This document shows, piece by piece, positions 49,518-62,799 of a DNA stretch of 64,000 nucleotides. The notes beneath the pieces were generated by a model. That model was not told the origin of the DNA. It made no database searches and saw nothing but the letters and a program-made list of their open reading frames with translations. The DNA lies in the NCBI RefSeq assembly GCF_963676685.1, contig NC_092346.1:26226001-26290000 (forward strand), in the 5' to 3' direction. Origin of the DNA: Mytilus edulis (Eukaryota). The translations under genes and the position numbers were made by a program. Positions within the stretch are counted from its first letter, which is position 1. Every line of letters begins with the position of its first letter.

Positions 49518-52500
49518 CAGCCCGTAACAGAGTAGTGATCGAATTCGCGTTTCTTTACCGTCAGAATAAGTTACGTTATCGACAAACTTATTTCAGAAGT
49601 GACATTTAATTTTCTTCATCGACAAAATATTTCATGTCCAACGTGTAAGTTTTCATTGTTTAAGTCGAAGTTTTTTTAACACAGTAAAACATTTTTTATA
49701 ATCAACCTCTGTCATTGGCATTTTCATTTTAACGGTAAAGGATCAAATACGGGATCTCCGAAATTTCTATCATTTGTTACGAGGAAATCATTATTCAATC
49801 GAACATATGTCTTTGTTCATGACACATATTATGAAATACAAAGGAGTTGAAATGATCAAATACTTTCGAACTGACGGAAACAAAAATACATAATCTAGAA
49901 TGTGTGTTCTGTCATAAACAATGGCTTCGTCGTGCGATCTTAGCTGTAGTTGGTGCGACCTCGATAAAATCTTTATCAATTTAGAATAAGCGATAAATAT
50001 TCATGACTACAATGACGAGCATTAGCCTTTTAAAAAGGGCTATAGTCGACTCTTAGCTGATGAAAATGGAAAGTGCTCTCGCTTTGTAGATTAATTCATT
50101 TAGCCACTTGGATCAATCAACAAATTTTACCACACACGTGAGGTCACACGTTATGAAGAAGTATATATCGTTTAACGTTGTTGTTTACGAAACTCCAGAA
50201 GATTCGACTATTTATAGATAAAATTTACCTGTGTACCAATATTATGAATATGCATGATTAATGACCAGGCAAAATCTAATTGCTAATATAGAGAGGACAA
50301 ATCCGATACTCTACGGGATTGACGGACATTTACTAGATTTGGATTGTCCTAACCAATCAATAAATTTTGATTATTCACGTCTCGGAATATCTTCCAATCA
50401 GGTAGCAAGAAAAATTCACGCACTAACTGTGCATCGTTCAATTCTTAATGAGTCGATAATAATGAATTTATTGGAGTCACATCCACTGTTTCTACTGTAA
50501 ACACGAACTCGTCGGTTAGTGCAATGAAGACACTTTTATAAATTGAGATTGTTGGTTTATTCTTTACACCTTCGAGGTATTAAAATTATTTCAGTGTTTA
50601 TTTAAAGTTAAATTTATTTTCAAATCTCTTCTGTTTAAAATTGTCGAAACTTCTGTTTAAGATTTCTGTGGTAAACTATCTATTCTATAGTTAGGACCAT
50701 TTTATAATAAAAACCCTTTTGTTCAAGAATACTTTCTTTATAGAAGTATAGATCTGCTGGTTATAGATTTTTTTTTTATAACTTTCATTATTGTGACGAC
50801 GCGCTATGAAATCCAGATTAATTTATAAATGAAGTTGTATATAAATGTTTGGTCATAAACACAAATCTTTTAAACAGTTCGACGAGTGCGTCAATGTTAC
50901 AGTAGTCTGTTTACTGTAAGTTACTAAGCTTGGCCCGATTCATCTGTTATTTATGGAAACTAATTCACCACTTTCTGAGACATTCATTTTTATTTCACCA
51001 TCAGACATGGAGCTACATTTGTAACTAAAGGGAAACTCTCAAATTAAAGAAATTTGACATGATATACTGAAACTTTCTTATAATCAATTAAACGACTGCT
51101 TTTCTTAGATATGTGATTTTTCATGGTCAAACATTTTCATTGTTAACGGACATTTTGAGATTTTGTAATGTAAAAAAATCAACATTCAAAATTTAGAACT
51201 TCATGAACATGTACAGGAAGCTGAATTATTGCACATCTATGTACTACTTAAAATTGTACTTCGATCTGTTGCGTCCTTAAAATGTTCTGACCGTCCTAAG
51301 ATTTAATGTACGGAAATGTTTCGGTAAATTAAATTCAAATCCGAATTGAATGTTTATGACACACAAAAAGAGAAACCAGAATCTCTTGATGACCAAACGT
51401 ATGTACATGTTGGGGCGATTTAGAGCTTTTCAGAAGCTCAGTGAGATTCCATCCTTGTTGAAAGCCTTGTGGAGACCTTTATATTTTTAAATTCCCTCTG
51501 TTTTTCTCATGGATGGAGAGTGGTCTCTCTGTAAATTATCCCGTATCTTTTCATTTTCCTATTTACCGAAGGTTCCATGTGAAAATTTCCATTGGATCAT
51601 ATCTGTTAAACTGAAATAAATTTCCTTCAAATCGAAGTAAAAAAATACAAATGTACCCTTTAACATTTGAAATGTTGAAGAAAAAATTGCTCTATATTTT
51701 AAGTTATTGACGAATATTTGAAATTTAAACCTCTATAAGATGTGATGTACGGCATTTCATTTTATCATTGGTAATGATCCATATCTGACAGAGAAGAAAT
51801 ATTCATAATTCTCAGAAAGTTTTCATAAATATTGTTAGATACCACTAATCGTTTCAACAATCAAGACAACAGAAACAAACAGGGGAAAAAAATATGAAAA
51901 TGAAAAGATATGACTTAAGTGTTAGCATGTTCAGGGAGACGGCACTCAATTTACAAAAAAATAATTGATGTTTTAAGGAACTGTAGAGGTCTCCACAGGT
52001 TTTCAACAAGGGTAGAATTCAAAACCTTGAATATGAAATCCATGATACTTTTTCTGTGCGGTAGTTATATCTACAAAATCCAATCATGTACATGACATAT
52101 AATACATGTATATTCATACATGTATATTTATATATTGGGAATTTATTTTTGTTTCCAAACAGAATTATAAGGTTATGTATAAGTGCCTCCGTTCACTGCA
52201 CAATTGTAAATTGTCTTCCTAAAGACCAGCAAAAATAAATGGCACAAGTTCACGAAGTCATAAAAAAGTCGTATAATTTACGTTATCGAACAAAAAATCA
52301 GAAATACGGAATATTATATGTGAATGGTTAGGAAATCCGTTTCCCCTACATGTTTTAAAAGTCAAAGAAAAATGTTTTCCCTGATACAAACGTTTTAAAA
52401 GAACCAGCTTTGTGCATAACATATAGACAATTCGACTGGATATAAGGAAGTTAATATGTTTACTCTGATTTGAAATTATCTTTTAGAACTTTTTTTAGTA

Positions 52501-53305
52501 ATTGAGAACCTATGTTGTTTATGGGTAATAGGTGAAATGTTGCATGATCCCTCAAAATGACAGCAAGCGCAGTTTTCCGGACGATTTTCATTTGTACACT
52601 GCTAAAAACTGTCAGGTCCTGGCCATGGTATATTTTGGAGAATTTTTTTTTACTGATTTTTACTAAAAAAATTATTCTCTGTGTGTGCCATTGCAAGAAA
52701 TAGTTTTGCTCGTTATTTTGTCATATTAAAAAAAATTCTCAACAAAATTTTCCCGTTTAAACTGTACTAGAAAAAGTTTGGCATGTGAAACGGACGAAGA
52801 CATATTCTAACAGAAGTACAAATACCAGTCCTCCCTTTTGTGTATACATATGAGAAAACATTTCAAAGTTATTGATTGAATTCAAATCCATCACACATAC
52901 GGTACACATTGTAGTCCGAAAAAATAAAGGACTTCATTCCTATCAAGCACCTTTTTAATTGTTTACCAGTATATTTCTTTTAGTTTTGGGTAAAATTGTA
53001 AAGGAAATAATACTATCAAGATGTCCTTCCATAAATCTTTTTTTTCTGTTCTGACTTTGAAGAAATGACTACTTTTCGCCCAATCGATATGTTGCATGGA
53101 CATATTTTGTTTCATATTATTAGAATTATTTTCAATATTATCGGTATTAAACTTGATTATGGACACATGAAAGTTTGTCAGCATTGTCAATCTTTTAACG
53201 TTAAAGTACCAATAGTTCGGTCACTACTCAATTAAGTTTGTCGATAACGTAGCTAATTTTGACGGTAAAGAAACATCAATTCGATCACTTCTCTGTTACG
53301 GGCTG
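49518..53305. mobile_element. 3.8-kb TA-flanked TIR DNA element with no intact transposase
   Basis: TA|CAGCCCGTAACAGAG..GTGATCGAATT..GTTTCTTTACCGTCA.. at the left end and its reverse complement ending ..CTCTGTTACGGGCTG|TA at the right end. The TIRs are imperfect and about 75 bp long. Confidence 0.8.
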
Positions 53306-53807
53306 TATGTTCAGTAATTTTCCATCTTATATTTACAGTTTGTTCTTATGTTGTACTGTTTAGTTACATCACTGTCCTGTGATAGGCTGGAGTTGAGCAT
53401 TCACAAACATTAGTAACACTATCACATTGTCCAGTCTGATTAGAATGCAGTCATCTCTTAATTAGAGTCCTCGTATATATAATATCATATTAGGATTACG
53501 AAACCAGAGATCTGCATTTTAATAAGATTTTTAGAATCGGTGTCCAAGAAGAGGATGTAATAACCTTCAAATTTATTTTATAGTACGTCTTTCTATGTTG
53601 TGATGTTACACTATTGTTTCGGTAAGGGTGAAGGTTGGTACCTATTGAAACGTTTAAACTCACTGCATTTGTTTGCACGTTTATTATATAGATTAGACCG
53701 TTGGTTTTCCCGTTTGAATAGTTTAACACCACTGAACAGCAGCCCTGTTCTACTAGTAACAAGATGGGTAGTCTTGTTTAACCAATTGCTCACGTAATAT
53801 GATGTGC

Positions 53808-53968
53808 CAGTGGCGGATCCAGAACTTTTCCTAAGGGGTGGGGAGGGCTCTAACTGACCTAAAAGGGGTGACGCTCCAGTCATGCTTCAGTAATTCCCTA
53901 TATAAACAACCAATATTTTTTCCACGACAAAAGGGGGGCGGGCCCCAGCACCCCTCCAGATCCGCCTA
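53808..53968. mobile_element. Short GC-rich MITE (GGCGGATC...GATCCGCC)
   Basis: Inverted ends GGCGGATCCAG and CCAGATCCGCC. A decayed relative lies at 55813-55915. Confidence 0.7.
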
Positions 53969-54804
53969 TATGTAACTGCTGATCCCAGTCAGTGAACCCC
54001 TTTTCGGTAATCACAAATCTGCAACTGTGACGGTAAACCATTATGATGTATATATACTGAGCAAAACAGCAGGAATATTTTTCAGCCGTATGGTATTTAC
54101 GTATAGATAGGAGTTATCAAGGGTGTCAAGTTAAGGTGTTTTCATAAGTTTGCCACAACCCCACTTTTCAGTCTATCATGACGTGACGTACTTCACTAAA
54201 ACGAAATCATTGATACCGCTTTTACGCCAAAAAAATAATCTTTTCTCTTCCTCTTAACTTCAGATACCTTTTACATCAAAAAACTATACTAACCTCCAAT
54301 CAGAGTATGCTAGTCCTAAAGACAGATAAATTGCATGGTTATATGTCGGACTAGTCTACTCTTAAAGAAGGGTAGTGTACCTACCATCTATATGACTTCA
54401 CGGTTAAGCTAGTAATTAGCCAAAGACATTTCCGTAAGTCATTTTGGTATTATATGCAAATTAAATTGAAATATATAATTATTAACACAGCTATAATTCT
54501 GTGAATTTTTTTTTATTATTAAAAATAGGTGTTCGAAATCTAAATCGGATTTTAGTCAACTCTCTCCGATATTGATCTGTAATTCGCAATGAATTTTGAC
54601 AGATAGCGGGAAAATTATATCATTAGTGATTAGGAAAGAGAACAGCTCAGAGAGGGCAGGTATAAAATCAAGACAGATAAGACACAATCATTTAGTGTTC
54701 ATGATGAGAAATGAAAACTTTGTATTAGGATCATGAACATTTATAAAAGTTTAAAATATTCTGAAACAAAAAAAGCAAATTATGAAGAACATGCATAATA
54801 AACG

Positions 54805-54869
54805 CAATAAATGCAACTAGATTACATGTATATAACATTTATATACATGTAATCTAGTTGCATTTATTG
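54805..54869. repeat. Perfect 31-bp inverted repeat with 3-nt loop
   Basis: CAATAAATGCAACTAGATTACATGTATATAA-CAT-TTATATACATGTAATCTAGTTGCATTTATTG. Confidence 0.95.
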
Positions 54870-55425
54870 TGTTTACAACATAAAGTTTACATAGAACTTT
54901 TAAAATAAAAAGAAAAAAAAAATATTCACCTATATAAACTAAAATTTTTCCAAATTATGCATTTCCCCAATTGGTGTGCTTCTAACTGTTCAGTATTTAT
55001 AAAAAGAAAAAAGAAAATGTGGTATGATTGCCAATGAGACAACTGTATATCCACAAGAGACCAAAATGACACAGAAATTAACAAATATATGTCACTGTAC
55101 GACCTTGAACAATGAGCAAAGCCCATAATGCATAGTCAGCTTTAAAAGGCCCCAAATGACAAGTGAATTCAAAGAAGAAAACTGCCTTATTTTTTAAGCC
55201 AATTTCTAGCAATTCAAGTGAATCACTTTTATTGCCTATAATTGACAAATTTAGTCTTTGTTGGTCAAATAGAATTGTTACAGTTCTATACATGTTTTTT
55301 TTTCTTCATTAAACCAATTGAGAGGCGCTATGATTACAAACATGGACATCAATTAGTGCTTACATGTACATGTATAAATGCATATATACAGACTTGTGAC
55401 AGTAGAAAAATTTATATGGAGATAA

Positions 55426-55747
55426 AACAGGCTATTATTTGAACTTGGAATTATTTTTAATTATGGAATTTCCATAATTTCTTGTGTCTAAAATTTTTAG
55501 TAAATTCTAAGTTTATTTGGTATTATAATCTTTTGAGCGGTTAATAACACTTTCCATTAAATGTATTTTGGTTAGATAGTGTTGTGCGCGGCACAGTACA
55601 TTCTATTGAAAATATACTATTTACTTTGTAATAGAAAGTGTTGTGCACAGCACAGAATAAACATGGAATTTTTTTTAAATTTTAATAACAAGAAAACAAG
55701 CAAATTCCATAATTAAAAATAATTCCAAGTTCAAATAATAGTCTGTT
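55426..55747. mobile_element. MITE with ~45-60-bp TIRs
   Basis: AACAGGCTATTATTTGAACTTGGAATTATTTTTAATTATGGAATTT pairs with AAATTCCATAATTAAAAATAATTCCAAGTTCAAATAATAGTCTGTT. Confidence 0.85.
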
Positions 55748-56249
55748 ATAAATACAATTTGATATTAAACAAAACAATTAACAGGTTGGGACCCCCTCTC
55801 CAGGTGAGGGACAGTGGCTGATCAAGAAATTTTTACATGTGGCGGCCCACTCCAGTCATGCTTGCCTTCTGTGATTCCCTGTTTAAAAAAACCCTGTCCT
55901 CCTCTAATTGCACCTCTAAGGGGTACTCCTTAAATGAGGGACTGTCAGTCAATCAAGGGGTCACTTTGCTGTTGTAGAAAATAAAACAGAAAAACTTATT
56001 GTTTGTTGATGAGTTACATATAAGTTTTTTGTTCATATGTTATTCCGGGTACGCGTACGTAAATAAGACAGTTAGTGTCTTGTTTGAATTGTTTCACATT
56101 TGTGATTTCGGCCGGGGCCTTTTATAGCTGACTATGCCACATGGGCTTTGCTCATTGTTGAAGGCCTAATAGTGCCCTATACTTGTTAATTTCTGTGTCA
56201 TATGTTATCTTGTGAAGAGTTGTCTCATTGGCAATCACACCACATCTTT

Positions 56250-56973
56250 TTTTAGGCTCACCTGGCCCTATTGGGCCAAGTGAGTATTTTTTAGCGTCCG
56301 TCCCCTGTTGTCGTCATTAGCTTTTTACATTTTAAACTTCTATAGAACCACTGATTGGAATGAAACCAAACATGGCATGAATGTTCCTTATGAGGTGCTG
56401 GCTAAGTGTTGTTACTTTAAAGCTGATCCATCATCAAAGATGGCCGTGGCTGCCAGCAGGGGACTTAGTTTAACATAGAACCCTATGGGATATACATATA
56501 AATGTCTTTTTATAGAGAACAACTGAATGGAATGAAACCAAACAGGAATGTTCCTTATGAGGTGCTGACCATGTGTTGTTACTTTGAAGCCGATCCATCT
56601 GACATCTAAGATGGCCGCCAATCATGCCAATGGATGACTAAGTTTTACATAAGACCCTAGGGGAAATACATACAAATGTCATCTTTTAGAGAAACACTCA
56701 ATGGAATGAAACCAAACATAGCATGAATGTTCCTTTAGAGGTTCTGACCAAGTGTTGTTACTTTGCAGCCGATTCATTATCTAAGATGGCCGCCAGGGGG
56801 GAACTAAAGTTTAGCATAGGAAAATCTTCTTTTAGAGAACCACAGAATAGAATGCAATATTTAACCAAATTTGGTCTCAATCATTATTTAAGTACCTGTT
56901 ATGATTTTTATCTTTTTTCAAAAATTCAAGTAGAGTTAGGTGAGCAACACAGGCTCCTGAGAGCCTCTAGTTA
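56250..56973. mobile_element. HINE/pearl-like element with about three ~180-bp internal repeats
   Basis: Subterminal hairpin GCTCACCTGGCCC..GGGCCAAGTGAG, repeated GGAATGAAACCAAAC..AATGTTCCTTATGAGGTGCTG..AAGATGGCCG units, and the terminus GGTGAGCAACACAGGCTCCTGAGAGCCTCTAGTT. Confidence 0.8.
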
Positions 56974-57752
56974 TATTAGCTTTGCTTTTGACTTAAAAGG
57001 GGAAAATTCTTTATAATTTCAAACAACTTTTCTCACTTTCTTTTAATATTGGAGAAGATGCAAGTCAATGAATATTACAAAATTCTTGGAAATGTTTTGA
57101 CCATATGATACCAGGTAGACGTATAGTTCTTTGGGAAAAGTTTCTTCAAATATTATAAATATGTTCCCTTTTGTACTTTTTGAAGTGGTTTTTCAAATGT
57201 ACAATATTTAAAAGGGGTGCTCATTACTTTGAGGGGTTAACCCTTATTTTGTTCCCAACCTGAGTAAAGTTGTACTATAAAAAAAAAATGTAATCTCCTT
57301 TGAAACATTTATTAGGTACTGATTATCAGATTGTCTGCAAAATGATATTGTAAAATATCAGCTGCAAGTTACAAAATGAAGATTTTTTGTATTCTTCCTA
57401 TTGTTTCGAGCAGCTGCTATTTTACAATCTCTATATACAGATTTCGGGCTGTATTTGTGTCATTTGAAGTGTCATACCCCTAGCCAGGTGGGTTCAGGGG
57501 GTTTGGACACCCCCCGCCTTGAAAACAAATAATCACTGTTAAAGTCAATGTTCTGTTCGAATTGTGACTGTGAAAGTCAAGTTTGTGAGTCCATCAAAAC
57601 CCCAAATTGGAAATTCCTGGCTACAGGCCTGAGTGTTTTTCTGTGTTTCACCAGCAAACCAAAAGATGACTTGATAAGTTCAGGTCAGACTTATTATAAA
57701 CTAATATTTTTCTATTTTCAGTCCAGAAAAGCTTCTTATATACCGAAGTAAA

Positions 57753-60700
57753 ATGGATCCAGGCTTAGAAGAAAAAGGTAATAAATTAAAGATAAAAAAG
57801 GTAGAAACCAAAAAAGTACATTTTGGTTCATTTACGGTATATTTAGCCAAAGTGCTTCCTTCATAAAAAAAAATCTAATGAATAATCACATATAAAAACA
57901 TGAACAACAGCAAAAAAAAAAAAAAAATTGATTTACACTAGGTTACATATCAAAATAAGATCTGATATTGTCAATGTAAATTTACCCCAGAATAGAGGTC
58001 TCCTACGAACCTTTATTATAAACATTACCATAATATCTGTTCCAGTTGGAACAAATATAATAATGATAAGGTTTAATTATGGTCAAATGTGTAAAAATTA
58101 TAAATGCATAAAGAAGATTTTTTTTTCTGGACATAGGATAACTAGTTTACAACTGAATCAAAATCGAAAAAAAAATAATTCCACACCGTTTTACATTAAA
58201 ATTTCCTCTTTATTCATAAATCTTGAATTTTTACCTTTTTCAGGATCAAACAATAGTGCCGGTTCTGAAACACCTATGGATACAGCTGAAGGGTCAAGTG
58301 ACTCCAAAAGTCCTAAACGTAGTAAAAATGATAAGTTACTAGACTCTGACTCTAGCAGTCCATGGTCTGACTTTCCCAGCTTGAGTGACGATGATTCATC
58401 TGAGGAAGAAGACATTGAGGAAGGTGAACGCACAAGTCAGATTAAACTGGACAGATTGTTCTGGTATCTTTATTCTAGGTTATTGAAAGATAAAACATGT
58501 TTAAATGACATTTACACAGACCTTTTTGCTAATCCTGGACTTTATGACAAGTTTAAATTCATCAAGAAAATCATGAATGCTTGTGAGTTTGGACCAACCT
58601 TTGATACTTTTTGTTTTTCCCTGCCAAGGCCAGATAATATGGAGAACGATTTCAAAAGAGCTGTTCACAGCATGAAAGAGCTTCTAAAGAAGTGTCAAGA
58701 TGGGTCTGTTACAACAACTTGTATGAATTCTTTAGATTTTCCTTCGGAGTCATCCAAACAAATGGCGGAAAAATTATTGCAGAAGTTAAAGAAGAAACTT
58801 GAAAGAGAACCAGTTGAACAACCCAAACAAGATAAAGCTCTTCGTGAACAAACAAAGAAGGCTGAACAAATCCCAGATAAGGGGGTCAATGGTACTAAAA
58901 ATGATGATCAGGACACAAGTTTTAAAGAAAAAGCTTCCTCCAATGCATCAAATACAAGTAAAAAAGAAACCAGTTCCAAAAATAATACTAGTTGCAAGGA
59001 AGACAATACCAGTCTAAAGGCCGCAAATTCTCAGGATCAAGAAAAGAAGGTAAATGGTTCTAAAACAAATGCTGGTTCCTATTCTGAAAATGATGATCTA
59101 AAGGACACCAGTTCTAAAGAAAAAGCTACATCCAAAGCATCAAAAACTAGTAAAAAAGAAACCAGTTCCAAAAATAATACTAGTTCCAAGGAAGATAATG
59201 CCAGTCAAAAGGCCACCAGTTCTAAGGATCAAGATAAGCAGACACCAGATGATCCAGATGCAGAACATGATCAGAATGAGGAAAGCATAGACGAAAACCA
59301 GGAGGAGCACAATGATTCAGACTGGGATTATTATGGAGCTGAAGAGGAGTTTGATGAACTTACAGAGGATAAAAAAATAAATAAGATTCTTGCAAATAGC
59401 TTCCCACATAATATAATTTATTTGCTGTCGGATGGAAAAACAGATATTATACCATCTTGGTGTGGTCAGATACAGGTTCTTGTCAATCCTGTCAATAAAA
59501 TATTGTCATTTTTGATGTATGATTATGTACCATTGTATCCAGATGATATAAGAGGAGCGATATTAAATGGAATGTCAGCACCAGTTGTCCGTAGAAACAT
59601 TGCTAAGGAACTTGAGAAGTTTGAATGTTGCAGACTGTTAAGGATGGATGTTCCACTAAAAAGCTTGGAAGAATTGTTTGTAGTTCAGCCAAATGATAGG
59701 GAGTTCCTCATATTTTCAAAATTGACTCCTCCTGCAAAATTTTATCAGAGATATATCAGTGTCAGTTGCAGGGATCGAAATAATTGGAGTGAAAGGCAGC
59801 CATTTTTACCTTTTGAAGGTCATTCGTTTTCCGATTGTTCAAGAAAGTATATGCTCATTTTTGGTGGAGAAGTTTCAGAGATGTCAGACATCATGGCACA
59901 GATAATTGCATGTAGACCAGAACAAAAAATATGTACTGAACCAAAGGGAAAAATTACTATGGTGGATCTAATAGAAAAATTAAATGAAAATGGTGATCCA
60001 GAAAATTCCAGTGCAATTAACACTCACTCTAGAGAGGAGGAGACTGAGCATCAAAATATAGATGTTAATATAAGGCACAGGAACAATATATTGGACATGT
60101 TGATTAAGTACAAAATTATCAATGAAGATCAGGGTGAAAAAATTAAACAGAATGTGGATTTGAAACAAAAAAAGCCACAAAATAAGAAGATAAACAACTT
60201 TCTTGACAAGCTAGATCTTGACCCATGTTTGAAGGATTATGTCAATTTTGGATGTGAAGATGTCAGCAAATTGGAGAAGCACTTGACAAAAAAATTAGAA
60301 GCTGGAGAATATGGCCATGAAATGGAGAGCTTGATGTTGAAATATCCAGAAAGATACAACTTTGATGATATAACAGTTGCTGAATTCCTTAATGCAGAAA
60401 AAGAGGATAAAAGCTATAGGACTCTTTTTTATTCCTTTTGCAGGTCTGAACCAGAACAATGCGACTGCACATGGCACTGTAAGGTATGCAAGCAGTGCCA
60501 GGATTGGAGATCTTGGCATTGTTCCAACTGCAACAAATGTGCATATGGCATATCAAATTCCATATGTGAATATTGTGGCTATAAAAGTTCTGGAAAATTT
60601 ATTCTTCAGCCTGATTCATATCACACAGAAAAAATAGAAGCATATGAAGGAATGTATACTTGTAATAAAATAAAAGACCACTGGAATTTAAAGTTGTCCA

Positions 60701-60927
60701 TAGATGATGTCCCGGATTGGACAAAAGAGGTGAAAGTTGATGATGAAAGTTCAGGAGACTTCAAGCTAAAAGATTATATAAACAGGGATGACCTTGGAAT
60801 AGTTAACCTTTGGGCATTGGCTATAGGGTTGTCTGGTAGTGGTCCAAGGAGGCACATTGGTCGTTTCTTCACTGAGTATTTTAGATATCAAATTGCAGAA
60901 AATATTCCTCTGATTGTGTTACATTAA
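57753..60927 (+). CDS. Uncharacterised ~902-aa protein (paralogue 2): same conserved blocks and zinc cluster as 27550-30630, no CaaX
   Basis: join(57753-57777, 58244-60927). The micro-exon MDPGLEEK+G (acceptor TTTTCAG at 57721, donor AAG|GTAATA) splices in frame to TTTTTCAG|GATCA. The first ~105 aa of the listed ORF 57928-60927 are intronic read-through. Confidence 0.9.
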
Positions 60928-62799
60928 TAAATGTTATGTATCTGTATAGAGAGAAAACATTTGAATAGGAGCTACTGGAAATGTACATTCTTTTGGGAAA
61001 TTGGATATTTGTTACATTTTCTTAGAAATTTTTTATTTGTGTTCTATAGATTTTTTGTTATTTATCATTCTTTGCTACCACAAAAAAGTGTTTTGTATAT
61101 CAATTTGCTTACTTCTATATATATATATATTCTTTACTGTAAGAGCATGTTGATTCGTGAATAATTAATATTAGTGCTAGGATTTGGTTTAAAAATTGTA
61201 AATATTGTGTAGTGTGAATTTACATCAAATTATTTTATTTCCAAGCTGGAGTTTTGTTGCAATGATGTGGATCATCTACAAAAAGTTATGAGAAAAATAG
61301 AGTGTTCATTTTTATGTTTGTGCTAGTTTGTAAAAATAGCATTATTGATGATGTAGATTTAGGTTTGAAATTTTCCTAGAAAATTGAGAATCAGGTTACA
61401 GCTAGTGTCTGAGTGAAAACTCTTAATTTTTTGTAAATGTAGTCAATATCTAAATAATGTTCAAGAAATTATGTAGCTTTCTGTTATAAGTACAGCTAGT
61501 GCTTCAGTTATCTAAATCATACATGTTTTTCCGTTTTGATTTGGTTCTAATTGTACAGTTTGTACATGTGGTGTTTTCCTTGAAAAATTTAGTTTATTAT
61601 TTTGACATTGAACTTTGACAAATAGGTAGTATATATATAAAGTTGAAGAAGAAAATTTTAATGCTTAAGTAAAATGGTAATTATTTTTTTTTTATATAAA
61701 GCTTGGCAAAAAAGATTTTTTCAAAATTTCAATACAGTTATAGTGGGTTACTTCCCCTTAAATTAATGATTTGTACAAGGAATACACAAACAGTGTTCTG
61801 CAAATGGTCCAGCATGATAAATGATTTGCCAAGTGGTTTTACTACCTTGTTAATGAGAGGACTTACCGGGTAACCCACAATTGTAAATGATATTTCAAAA
61901 GTTTGCACAAGAAGAAACCTTAATTGGTTAACAATTTCATTAAAAATAGATTTACTTACCAAAGACAAATAAAACCTGTTTTAGTTTCTTCCAATGTTAT
62001 TGAAATATGATAATATATATGAGTTATAAGTTTTGATTTAAGGTGAAAATTTCTTGATAATATACAAATAACTTGTATGTACATGGAATGTTTATTATAC
62101 ATTTCTGTTGTGAACATTTTAAGCTTTACATTTGACATGGCTAATTTATTTACATAAAAAAAACTTCACTTTCATTTATCAGGCAAATTGTACATACATC
62201 TTTTCTTTTTTGTCCTTTTTTGTTTGAAATAAAAATTAAATGCAAGATTTGATTTTATTTTCATGAAAGAACAGTGAAGCTGTGAAAAAAACTTGACATT
62301 TAGTTCACATGTTCATTATAATTTAAACAGTTTAAAATCTGCTTAAAATTAGGCCCAGGAATTGGCCCAGATTTTACAGTCCACTGAACAAGGAAATATA
62401 ATAGTGCAATCAGGATATGATGTCCTATTGATGCAAATTCTTTATGACCAATACAAGAAATGATGAAAAATCTTTAATAGTCTCTGTGAATAAATATGAA
62501 TTCACATCCTTTGTCTAGAGATTAGACGATTTAAGCCTTTTTGTGTGGATTAGACAACCATGTACATGTACTTCTTTGAAACACACAGACATAAAAAGAT
62601 GTGGATGAGTGTCAATGAGACAACTCTCCATCCAAGTCACAATTTGTAAAAGTAAACTATTATAGGTTTACATAAAGCCTTCAACATGGAGCCTAGTCTC
62701 ACACTAAACAGCCAGCTATAAAGGGCCTAAAAAATTACTAATGTAAAACCATTCAAGCAGGAAATCTAACAATCTAATCTATTTAAAATCCATAATCAC

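Noticed and set aside
57928-58243. N-terminal 105 aa of the listed 999-aa ORF
   Set aside because: It starts at TTG in AT-rich sequence and ends in a polypyrimidine tract plus CAG. An upstream ATG micro-exon splices in frame, so this part is intron.
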